From assembly GCA_965279515.1 (NCBI GenBank), contig CBDIID010000003.1:2656001-2720000 (forward strand): DNA of 64,000 bases, in the 5' to 3' direction. Source of the DNA: Turneriella sp. Lineage in GTDB: Bacteria > Spirochaetota > Leptospiria > Turneriellales > Turneriellaceae. A program made the translations under genes and the position numbers. Below are positions 17,309-29,600 of the stretch, piece by piece (the first letter of the stretch is position 1; every line of letters starts with the position of its first letter). The notes below the pieces were generated by a model. The model was given only the letters and a program-made list of their open reading frames with translations, did not search any database and was not told the DNA's origin.

Positions 17309-17653
17309 CTACATGATCCGTGGGACTCCGGGGACCCTATCTGCGTGATTTTCTCCCATAAGGATAAGGTCAAAGCTGAATTCCATTTCCTCGGCTGTCT
17401 TCTTTAAGAAATCAGTTTCTCCTGAAAAATACGGCGCCTCCGCATTTAGTACCTTTATCATGCTGCGAATCTCATTCAACGCAGCTTTAGGTATGAGCTT
17501 TTCGGATTGCAACATGACCGTCAATGTTTTAATTCCCAGCAGAATATTTTGGAGTAAATGCCTATCAACAGCTTTCCCTATCTGAAGTTTCGTTAAAGCT
17601 TCTCTCATCTTACTGCTGACAACAAACCATTCCTTTTCAAATTCTAAGCTCAT
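17309..17653 (-). CDS. putative cognate immunity protein
   Basis: 114-aa helical protein whose ATG overlaps the toxin stop (ATGA); AT-rich like the toxin tip. Confidence 0.7.
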   Translation of the reverse strand: MSLEFEKEWFVVSSKMREALTKLQIGKAVDRHLLQNILLGIKTLTVMLQSEKLIPKAALNEIRSMIKVLNAEAPYFSGETDFLKKTAEEMEFSFDLILMGENHADRVPGVPRIM

Positions 17654-20600
17654 TTTGGTCTAATGACTTCCTTGATAGCTGCTTTTGGTATAGTTTGGTA
17701 AATAGTAACTTCTCTTGAAAAAAGCGAGCGCCAAAATGGAATCGCTTCTTTACCTTTATTCAAAGTTGCTGGAGCATGTTTCCAAAGTTCTACTTGGAAG
17801 GAAGGAACTTTATTGAGATTAATAACGGCAATACCATTTCCACTTTGATATGCCTCAGCAACTTCCAATGACCTTGTCGTAGATATCCAAGGACTATTTG
17901 CCGCTGCACCACCAGATCCCGGACCTGTATTTGCTATGTGCTCCGCAGCTGTCCAAGTCCCTTTAGGTGCCTTAGCTGTTAAATCGACTCCGGCGGTCAA
18001 AGCAGCATCATCTGCTGAATTCAAAGCTCTGTAGGCCAAGTTCTCGGTAGTCCTTGCTGAATTTAGCCAAGAGCTTACTCCTTTGGCTAGGCCAGGCAAT
18101 GCACCCACAAGCTGTGCTGCTGACGGTGCACCCGGTGAAAAATCAATAGCACCAGCAACAGCTGCTTGTGCTTTTGGATAATCGTTTGGAATTAGCCCCT
18201 TTGCAACGGCCTCACCCGTGCTGGGCATATAGTCGAAGTCACCTTTAGCAGCGTGGTACAGATTATAAATGTTAGCACCCGCATTATTGAGTGCCACACT
18301 CGCAGCTACATTACTTGCCCAAGCCATGCCTAAAGTCGAACCACCTGTTGGCGCAGCCGCAGCACCATACGCTCCCATATTGATGAAATTTGCAGCAAAG
18401 GCGAGTGCATTTCCGCCTAGAGCCAGCGCTTGCGAACGGACGTATTCGTTGCGCATTTCAGCCTGGATTAATGGGACTTGGTCAGCTTCCGCCTGCGCAC
18501 GCCGCTGAGCTACATATTTGGCGTTTTTCGGGTCTGCATCAAAAGCCATATTAGCCCGCATCAACCCTAAGTAGCTTAAATCAACACCACCGACGCCAGC
18601 CATATTGGCATACCCGTTGCGCTGCTGGCCCTCAGCCGCCCTCTGCGCCCTTATCGGTGCATACTTCTTATCCGTCTGACTGGTATACTCACCCGCACCC
18701 GCCGGCATTGCGATCGTGCCGCCCTGCGACATCTTCGCCTTCAGCTCTGCTCTAGCCACCTCATAGGCGGCCGGGTCGCTGGGGTCGAGGGTCGGGTTGT
18801 TGGCCTTGACGTACAAGGCTTCGACTTGCGCCGGCGTCAGTTTGTGCTGCGCGGCCAGTGTGTTCATAAAGCCGCCGAAGTCTTTCGTCGGTACCAGCTT
18901 CAGGGCCTTGTTCGTGCCCGCCTCGATATTGTTCGCGACCTGTTGCTTAGAGATTTCCTTAACATCCGCATCCGACAGAATACCGCTCTTCAGCATCTGG
19001 TTGATTTGCCCGATGTTCTCCGCATCCATCTTGGCTTTGCCGAAATAGTTGCGCGCAATCGTTACCGGATCATCCACACCGGCAGATCCGCCGGAACCAC
19101 CGCCGCCACTGGCAGCTTTCGCTCCGCCGCCCGCGCCGCCCATGCTCGATTCGGCTTCTTCTTCCTTACGACGCATCACCGCTCTCGCAAGGGCGCCCAT
19201 CATCTCCTGCGGCATCTGGCCGCTGCCGTCTTTGGCTGCCTGCCGTGCCGCATCGACGGCCTTGTTCTCTTCCATGCGCATGTTCACCACGCGACCCAAA
19301 ATACCGCCCATCGCTGAAAAGCCGTTCGTGTTCTGGTAGGTAGAGATGAAGTTATTCGTCGCCTGGCTGTCGTTCATCATCGCGCCCACCAGAGTCGTCG
19401 TCACCGCATTCGCCAGCTTGCCGATCTCTGAAGACAACATCTGTTTTCTGATTTCACCGGAATAGGTCGACTTGCTTTCCGTTTGACCCGGATTGATACT
19501 ATTCGTCGCCCATGCGCTGGCAAGGGAGCCCGCTGCCGAAGCTACGCTGAAACCAGAAATACCGCCCGAATCAAAGCGCATGCCGTCGCCAATGGCGTCA
19601 AAACCGGCAGAGATCACCTTGCCCCAATCGCCACCCGCAGCACTGCCCAGAGCTTCACCGGCAAACGACATCGCGCCAGAGAAGAGCGCCTGCGCGCCGC
19701 CGCCCTTCGACCAGTTGCCCTTGAAATCCAGATTCAATGAACCATCCGCATTCTGGCCGATGCCCGCACGCACGACACCCATCGCACCCCGTATCGCTGT
19801 CCCGGCGATACCGCCGCCAACCGCTGCGCCACCGAACGCCATCCCAAAATCAATGGCGCCCATCGCCAATGAGCCGCCCACATCGCGTCCCGAAGAGATT
19901 GCGGCGCCGGTAGAGGCTGTGGCCTGCGCCGCCGCGATCGTCAGCATCACACCGACGTTGCCTGTTGCAGCTGCGGCAAGGCCCGCAGTCAGGCCAATCG
20001 CGGCGTTCCAACCGCCTTGATAAGCGGCCAGGCGCTTTTCTTCATAATGCAGCCCGCGGTAAGTCTTATCATTGTGCATGTCCCCGCCGGTCCAGCCACC
20101 CAACTCGCCAAAACCGTGGTCTTTCGGATCGCCCTCGTCGTCGAATTCAGGCGCTTTACCAACCCATTCGCCGTAGAGGCCCTTTTTCGATCTGTCACCG
20201 CCCACGATCTTGAACGCCTGCTCCAGCGCCATCGTCTGCACTTCAAAGAAAAGTTTTACATCCACATCGCGGCCATTCTGCAAGAAATTCACCATTTCTT
20301 CGCCCGACATGATTGTCATGCCGGCTTCTTTCATACCCCGGTTCATGATCGCGTCTACATCTGCATGGGCATATGCACTGAATGAATAATTGCCGCCAAA
20401 CGCCCAGCCCATGTCTTTCTGGTACCAACCACCCGACTCACGGTAGTTCGCCAGCGTCGCCGCCGTCGTCAGCGCCGTCGTCACATTATCGTCGTTCTTG
20501 CGCAAGCCATCCTTGAAATCCTCGATCATCTTCTTCATGCTCTCATAGAGTTTGACGTTATTGAGGATAGCCATCTTCTTGGAGAACGTCTCCATGTTGC

Positions 20601-23600
20601 TGGCAAAATCGCCTTCCAGCGTTGAGGAGTTAAAACCCTTGAAGTGTGTTGCATTGCCGAGTTCCAGCGTTACATTGAAAGCGCTGATCGATTTATTGAT
20701 TTCTCCGAAAATCCGCTGATCCGAAGGCTTATTGCGCTCGAAATCCGCCATTGCCGCCTGCACCAGGTCGGTGACATTCACCTCAGGCACATCGACGGGA
20801 ATGCTAATATCGGAGCTCAGCGCCCTTAAACGGTCGTTGAGCGCCGAACCGGTCGCACCCAGCATACGCTCCAGAGAACTCTCCATTGCGGCGCTCTTGA
20901 TCTCTTCCTGCCAGTTTTGTTTCGAGACAAGGAAGGTCTTGATCTTGTCGTCCCATTGTTTCTTACCCGCTTCGATCTTCCTGTTGGTGTCGATCTCCCA
21001 CTGCCGCCACGCCTTCAAAAATTTCTGCTCCGAAGCGCCGAAACTTTCTGTGCCGCGGCTTTCAATCGTTGTCGCCAGATTCTCCCACCGAGCCCGCGCC
21101 GCGTCGAGTTCGGCCTTGCGTAAATCCCACTGTTGCGTTACGAGCGAAGCGTTCTGCTGCTGCTGTGTCTGAAATACATTCGTTGAATTTTCAGAGTAGT
21201 CGCCTGCCATAATCTGGAAACCCTTGAACTCTTTGCCCTCTGCGTCGGCATAATCCCAGATCGTATCCATCGTCTTTTCACGCTCGTTCAGCATCAGCGT
21301 CTGTTCATGCGCGTTGCCGGCATTTAGATAACTCTGCTTAAGCTGCGCGCGTAAGACGTCGGAGTCGTTAGAAACCAGGTTCAAGACCCGGCCTAAATCG
21401 TACGTATCCCACGCCCCACCCAGGGCAATCGGAGCCGTAATGTATTTCGCGTATGTGTCCGTCATCTGGCCGACATGATTCATCTGTTTGATTTTGACGT
21501 ACTTTTCGCCATTCAACCAGTAAAAGCCGCCCTGCAAAGTGGATTCCAGGTTCTGCGTGGTAATCTGCGAAGGATCATAGAGATCGCCTGCGGCAGTCGC
21601 GAACTCTGGCGCTTCGGTCAAAGAAGTGACGTTAGTTGCCCGGCCGGCATCGTTGGCGCAATTGCCCGTCGGTGGGCACTGCTGGCCGGCAGTGTACGCG
21701 ACACCCGTGGATGCCATGTACGCCTGCTTATCATCCTTCACATAGCGCAGATCGATATCTGAAAGCGTGTATATTTTCTCCGTCACCGCAACCATTTGGA
21801 GGCTGACCGGATCCAGAACCTGCCGCACGATAGTATTCTGGCCGCCCCATTGTACCAACCGGTCTTTCAAGACCTGTTGGCTTGGGGCCTTTGTGAAGTA
21901 ATCGACCGCAGCCTGAGCGGCTAAGTACTCTTCTTCGGTTCGCTTAATTGTATTGAGTTTATTTACGATCTGATCGCGCTGGCTGTTGACGTTATCCCCA
22001 GAACTGTTCATATCGCGCGTCTTGTTGTCGTTATCGATTGTTGCGGGAATGATCATGCCAAGGCCGGCAGCCATAAACGCCGCACCCCAACCCCAATGCA
22101 TGCTACCCAAAGCCGCTAAAGCCGGTGCAGCCCAGGCACCGAAAAAACTCGCAGCTGCCGCCGCTGCAGAGCCGAAAAAGCCGCTGGCAGCACCAAACAT
22201 AATTGCGCCCGAAACCAACATTGGGCCACCCACAGCCCAAGCCCAGTTCAGACGGATTACTGATTCATGATAAAGTTCTTTCTTGCGGATAAAATCGTCA
22301 GCTCCGCTCTTAAATGCAGCATAATTGTTAGAGCTGAGATTTCCGTCTTTCACCCGCTGCCTGAATTCATCCAGAAGTGCTTTATCCGCAGGCGACAGAT
22401 TGTTATAATCCGCCTGCGCGCTGCGCCAATCGGAGTCTACAGCCGGTTCGTCGAGTCCCGACTGATCGCTGCGCGAATAGGTGTTGAACCAGATTTTACT
22501 ATCCTGTGAATACGTGTCGTCTATCCACGACATGCCTTTTAATACCGAAGCAAGCCCACCGGGACCGCGCGATGCCAGAATAGCTTGAAAAGTCGCGATC
22601 GATTTATCTCGGTTATAGACCAAAGGCTTGTTCAAGGGATCAGACGGCTGAATCAGATCATCCTTCGCCTTGTTATACGCCGCAAGCTTCAACGCAGCAA
22701 TAGCCTTGCGTTTTTCAATTTCAGCATTCAGAATTTCCTGCGCCTTCTTCACGCGTATCATCCGCTCCGATTCGAGTACGTATTCCTTACGCGCATCGAT
22801 GAAATTCTGGTACGTCGCGCGCATCGCCGTTTCCTGCGCCGTCAGTGGCAGGCCCTGGTCGATCTTCGTGATCAGGTCAGAGAGCTGCGTCAGGGTATCC
22901 TGCGTGCGTACCTCCTCTGCCTTTGCCACCAGTTGCGCCTGCGTCTGGTCATAGCGCTGCTTTGCAGAAAGATACATCTGATACGCGTCCGCCTCGTTAG
23001 CGCTCGATGCCTGCGTCGATGAAGCGAAAAGGTACGCGGTTGTGGCAAAGTCTTTTACCGCAGCCTTTTTCTCATAATCGCTGTTTTCTACCTGGAAATT
23101 TTTGAACCCCGCCGCCATCGCGTTCAGCGCATCGGTGTAGTAGGTGAAGTGCGTTGCATACGCTGCTTTACGCGCTTCCAAGTCCGCGACGGTAGCCTCA
23201 TAATTCTGCCGTGCCCCGTTGGTGACCAAAACCCCCGTCACTGGATCGTAATAACCATTGAGGTCATCCGAAACGCTTTTGAAGGTCTGCGCCAGGAAAT
23301 TACGTGCATTGGAACCCAGAATGACGTCGCGCTGCGCCGCCTCCGCGAGCTTCTGCCTTGAATCGCGTAGTGCGGCGGTGTTCTGCTCGATCTGTTTCTG
23401 CGCACCTAAGAGAACGTTATCTGAAAGTCCTGTTGTGGCATTGTCGTCCAGAAGGCGTGCGTTACGGGTCTGTTTCACATCCGTGAAAGCAGTTTTTAGG
23501 TCTTCAATATTTCCGCCGCTTTTAAAGGCAGTGATAGCGCCCGAAAGCCCTGCCACAATCTGCTGGCGGCCATTCGTTGCTGAGGCTGCATCCGTAACTT

Positions 23601-26600
23601 CGGCCATGGCAAAAATGCTCGCCAGCGACCGGTTCATCGATGAAAGAGCGGTCAGGTAGTTATTCGCCAGATGCTCTTTGTACGCGATTGCCAGATCGCT
23701 GTTGGCTACGGTGTTGACTTTATTAACCTGTTGCTGGTAGAGCGTTTGGCTAACCGAACCATCCGAATAGGTGACCTGATCCGCAGGTGACGTCGAGGCA
23801 TCGCTCTTGAGCAAAGCCGCATAGTTAGCAGGATTACCCCCGGCTGCCGCAAACATCGCTTCGAGCTCAGCGCCCGTATAACCCGAGCCTCCGTTCAGAA
23901 TATTTTGTTTGATTTCCTTACCCTGGAAATAATCGGGCCGGTTCAGTGTAGGTGACGGCTGCGTGTTAGAAACATACTTATTGTAAATTCCCGTCTGCTT
24001 GTCGTTCAGCGTCTGTAAGAACGAACGGAAATCCAAAAACAGCGAGCCGCCCTGCGCTAGCGCTGTAGTACTCGGGTCGCCGCGCAGCGCCGCAAAGTGT
24101 TTCAGGTTGTCGGCAACCGCCAGATTGCGGTTGAAGACACGCCCACGGCTGGTTGTTGTCGCCTGGTTATTTTTCAGTTTCTGGCTGATCGCCTCGGTAA
24201 TGGCGGTGAAATTCGCCTGCGCCATCGTTTCCGCAACTTTGATTTCATAACCGACATCGCTCGCAAACACCGGGTTCGTCAGCGAAGCGTCAGACATCAG
24301 GCGCATGACATGCGTGCGCTCTGCGGTCGCTTCCTGGAGCGTGTTGAAGAATGTCGTCAGGCGGGATTGTTCGGCGGTGAAGAAACCCTTTTCCTGCGTA
24401 TTGAGCTCCGCCGCCATCTTGGCGAAGTCGGCGGCCGTGACGGTCGCGGCACCCAACGTAACGCCGCTGCCGCTGCCCTGCATATACTGGGCGAAAGCTT
24501 TGTAGAACTCGTTGAAATTCTGCGTTGCGGCAGTCCGCAGCGCTGGCGTTGCCAGATGTTCTGCCGCCGCGCGTACGGTCGCTTCTGATTTTGTCAGGTC
24601 GCCATTGAAGAGCGCACTCGACTGTGTCAGGTAAGTCGTGAGTTCCGGTACATAGTCGCTGACAAACTTACTGCTCTGCGCAGAGAACCGGGTCCCCAGC
24701 GCCAGCACATAGTCGTCGAATAATGATTTCTCCGCGGTGCTCAGGCCGTTATAATATGTATTGCTCGCAGAACTCAATGTGCCGCCGGCCGTCTTCTCCC
24801 ACGCGGCCATGAGAAATGCTGCTTCGGCTTTATTGGCAAGTGCCCTTAAAGCAGGGGTCGACTGATCCATGAGCTCATAGCTGGCGCGCTCGACGATCGA
24901 AAGATTAGCGCGGTTAGCGAGTAATCCTTCCTTAGCTACAGTGTCCCCGGCAAACTGCGTTTCCACGGCCTTAGTCAGGCGCAGGTTATAGAGCGCCGCT
25001 GAAGGTGAATCGGCAGCAACTTTGACCGCAAGAGACAGGTCGCTAAAATACGTATTCAACGTTGTACTGACCGTTGCATTCACCATGTAACCGCTTGTCG
25101 AAACCATTTGCGCGATCTGCGCTCCGGTCATAACACCCGGATCCAGTGCCAGGTTTTCAGAAAGTTTTTGTTTCAGGTAAATCGATTTAAGCGCGTCGGC
25201 CCGTGTTCCCGTAATCTCGTTGATATACCCCTTACCTGCGAGCTTGTAGTTGGTAATCGAAGTCAGCGCGGTGGGCAACAAACTATCGGCATTGACTCTT
25301 GCATCACTGGCAAAGGTTGCCGCGCTCATCACACCTGCATAGAGTCCGGGTAGAAACTGATTTAAGTTGCCGTTGCCGGCATTATTGGCGCCGTAATATA
25401 TAAAGGCCCGGCTCCTGAAATCTGCAATTTCGACACTTCCGGAGAGCTGGTCTTTAAGTTCATCGGCGCCGATTTTATAAGCGTCGTCGTTCAAGAACGC
25501 GTCAAAGTAAGTCTTGAAGGCGGTTTGATCCATACCTGCATTCAAGTGCCCTTGCAGATAAGTATCAAACTTGGCCATCAACAGGCGCGTTCTGAACTCC
25601 TTCGCCTCTTTTTTGACGTCGACCTGGTTATTGGCAAGGCTGGGATTTAAATTCGTTCCCAAAGCACCGTGGCGTGCGTGCAGTACAATGTTCGTAAATT
25701 CACTGATAAGATTCGAACCAACGATCGAGGCATCGATTTTGCGGCTGTTAAGATACTGTGCGACAAAACCGGCTGCATCCCTATTGTCGCCGCCGTTCAG
25801 GTAGGCGACCAGCGCCTGGCCGCCGCCGGCTGCGCCACCCGCGTCGAGAAACGTATAAAAATCATTCAGGTAAAAATGCCGTTGCATTTCCTGCGGATGC
25901 CCGGAGAGATCAAGCATCGCTTTGTTCTGCTCGTCGGCAATCGGCGAACTCTTGAGCCTCAGGAACTCCTGATACGCGGCATTGAGATCGTTGTACCCCC
26001 TAAGCAACACAAAATTACGAAGCTCCGCGGGATAACCAGCGGCATTGAAATTGGCGGAATAATGATACTGATTCAGGGCGTCGGTCAGCTCGGTCTGTAG
26101 AGTTAAGTCAGTAAACTTTTGCTTTTCTGTTGCGGATGGGTTAGCCAGGAGTGCGGTAAAATTAGTAAGCTGGCTCTTGAACTGACCGAGCGGCATGCTC
26201 TGGTCCAAGGTCTGCATCAGGTACACTATTTCCGATGCATAGTCCTGTTGCATCACCGGCACATTGGCCGTGTTTTGCATCCACGTGGTGATCATACCCG
26301 CGGCAGAGGCCGTGGTTGTAGCGGCGGAAATGCCGCTTACATAGGCGTCGAAATTGGTACGGAATGTGTCGGCCCGCACTGCCTGCTCGGCGATGAACGT
26401 ATCGATAGAGGCGCCGGCCGTGCCTTTCGCAGCATAGAGATCGCGCGGAGAAAGCGCGTTCAGCTCGTTTCTAACCTGGGTAGCAAATGTGTCGCTGGCC
26501 AGTGCAACCAGCAAATTGCTCTTCAGAATAACCGGATCGCCGTTCGCCGGAAAAGCAGAGAGGATATCCCAGAGTTTTGAGGCATAAATTTCAGACACCC

Positions 26601-29600
26601 CCGGCTGAGATAACGAACCGATTACGGCATTCACCAGGTTCGCGTCCGCTGCTGCATTGCTGATACTGGTCTTCAGTGCATCTGTCTTTAAAACCGATAC
26701 ACCATTCAGGAACTCTGAAACCGAGAGCACTTTGTTTTGCTGGTAGGCGGTCTGTCGTGCCGCAAGAAATTGTTTTTGAATCTGCGCGCTGTAAAGCTGC
26801 TCGCGCACCTGTTTGAGCTGATCTGAAAGGGCAAATAGTTCCGTCAGCGAATCATGGACTGCCGCGTCGGGGCCCACGGCTGCACTACTGAAGAGTGTTA
26901 AGAGTTCCTTATTTTGGGTCTTAGAAAGTTCATTGACCAATGCTGTATAGGCTCCCAGGGGAGAAGTTCCTGTACTGGGATTGTACTTTGACATCGCATC
27001 ATTGACGTTTTGGTACAGCGTTAGAACCTTAGCGATGTTCTTGATGCGCTCTGTTTCCAGCGTCCGCGTTGCGGCCGTATTGCCGTTAATGGTCGCAACG
27101 TCGGAGTCACGATTGGCGATATAAGCCTGTGCGCTCAAATATTCGACGAGCGAGCTTTCAAGCCCGGCAATCGCCTGTTTCAGACTATCAGGTACGTCTT
27201 TTCTCTCGGCCTGTGCGCGGTCGATATATTGCGTCAGGGCACTCACCCAACTTTCGAGGGCCGCGCCGCTTTGATTGCCGCTCAGGAGTACAGAGATATC
27301 CGAATCAACCGTAGGTGCCGGTGTAACTCCGGCTAAGTACGTGTTGACGAAGTTCGCGTTCAGAACGGGTTTACCCGTGCTGTCGCGTAAAATATTGCCG
27401 TAGGCATCTTTTTCGTAAAAGCCGATGACCTGTTTTATGGTATCGGTGAGCCCCTGCTGAGCTGCCGATTGTTCGGCGCGAAAGCTGGCATCTTTAACAC
27501 CAGACCATTCAGAGTTCAGGCGCCGGTAACCTTCTTCTTCTATGCGGTATTGCCACAGCGCATCCTGCACGAAGGGCGCCATCACCAGCGACGAGCCGCG
27601 GGTCAAAATCTCCGAAGCATAGGCGCGCAGTGGATCAATCGTTGTGCGCAGCCCGGCCGCGTCGATATTCAGCTGATTGATATCATTCTGCAGCGTCGTC
27701 TTCGCGTTCGTCTTCTGCGTAATTTCATTATTAATTGCCGTAAGCTCCAGAGCCGTCGCCGTTGACGCCAGGGTATTCAGCTGCGCGATATCGCCGTCGA
27801 TAGTCTGTATTTCCAGATTCTTCGCGGCAATTTGGGTAAATTTAGAAGCAAGGTCGGTTTCATACTTCCGCGCTTCGCGGTCTTTAGCGAGATACTGCTC
27901 CTTTGCCCAGATCGAGCCGTAGTTCAGATTGAGCTTCGACAGCTCCTGCGTCATCGCGTCGCGTACCTGGGTGAGGTCGGCGACCAGATTCGCGGTCGAG
28001 CCTTCATTGACGTAGTGCCCGAGATACGATTGAATGATGAAGCGTGCATCGTCCGCCTGTTCGGGGGTCGGCAAACCATTCAGGTAGTTAGTCAGGGCTG
28101 TCTGCACCGCGGTGGCGCTGCCAGCACCGAGTATGGTGTTGATTTGATTTCTTAAAGTGGTTCTGCTATTATTAAAGCCAGTGACCCAGCTATCTGTTGC
28201 CGATTGGGGCGCCTGTGTGGTTACATCGTGAAAGATTTCATTTTTTTTCTGGTAAAACTGCACCTCCTCAAGGTATTTCTGCCATTTCTGTTCGATTGTT
28301 TGCCCGCCGGGGGGCGGTATCGATGACAGGTTGTCGATGCGGGCTTTGACGTTGGCGTCTGTCAGATAAGCGCGTACGATCCAGAGCTTTTCCAGCGTAA
28401 TATTAAATGTTGTGTCGGTTTTACCTTCAAAGAGACCAAAATCATAGCTTGATCCCGAAACCCAGGAATTTCCGGTATTGCTGCGCGTATTTCCACCCAG
28501 AAGCTGCGCAATCTGGTCGTCGACAGCTTTAAGCAATGTCTCGCTGTTTGCCGTCGCCTGCGCATTCCCGCTGATGACACCACTGATGAGACCTTGAAGG
28601 TGATTCACAGCCGCTTCGTTCAGGCGGTCATACTGGGCATTGGTACGTGTGACCGCATCGCCCACTTCTTTCTGTAACGCACTGGCATTGAGCAGGGCAG
28701 TCTGACCGCCGAGAGTCGATTGTGAGTCGAGAAGATAATCCAGTGCTTCGGAATTAATCTTCTTCTCCATCTTCAGGCTGATGATAAAACCATCGATATT
28801 TTGGCGCAATAACTCCGTCGCAATGAGCAATTCCTTTTCTTTTTGAGCGATTGTTGCCGCATTACCGCCGCCTACCGCGGTTGTTAGCGCGGTTTGTGCT
28901 GCCAAATACGCATTTTTCTGCGCTTCGATACCGTCGAAAAGTTCTATCGTTTTCGTCCAGTTAACGACGCTGCCTGTCCGCTGGATAAGACTTGCTTCCT
29001 GAGCCTTGAAATCCTGCGCGATCTGAGCGATGCTCTTGGTCGCAAACCCAGCTGTTAACATAGTATCAAGCGCGGCGTTTTGGGTACGCGCCGCTTTCAG
29101 GTTATCGATGGCCTGAAGTGCCTTATTCGTAAAGCTGACATCTTTCTGCGCTTCTGTGCGCTCGCGCAGGATGCGGTAATAGTCGAGTTCTGAGGCCGAA
29201 ACTACATCTTTCATTTCTGTAGTCACACCGTTCACAAAGACCATGCGGTTTGTCACAGAGGCGAGCTGCTGCCCCATATTAGAAATTTCCGTGGCAATAA
29301 TCTGCTGTGAATTCGGAAGAGCGATGACGTCGAAATTTTTCTTGGTCTGGCGGTAGATATCCTGCTGCTGATCAAAAGCGGCTTTGGCGCTTGCCACCAC
29401 AAGCGCCTGTGCTTCGATAAGGCTCTTATCCGCCTGTAACTGAGCGCCGAGCTCCGTAAGATTCATCTGTAACGGATTTGCCGGAACCATCGCGTTCTTA
29501 ACGTCTGCGATTTTCTGAGAAAGCTCAGAGAAGCGGTAGTTTCCCTGTAGATCAGTCAGCGACTGAAACAGCGCGCCTGCGGCGGATTTCAGCTGCGCCC

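Noticed and set aside
13621..17653. Integron cassette array
   Set aside because: There is only an isolated core-like site (~16453), no paired attC structures and no integrase in the window.
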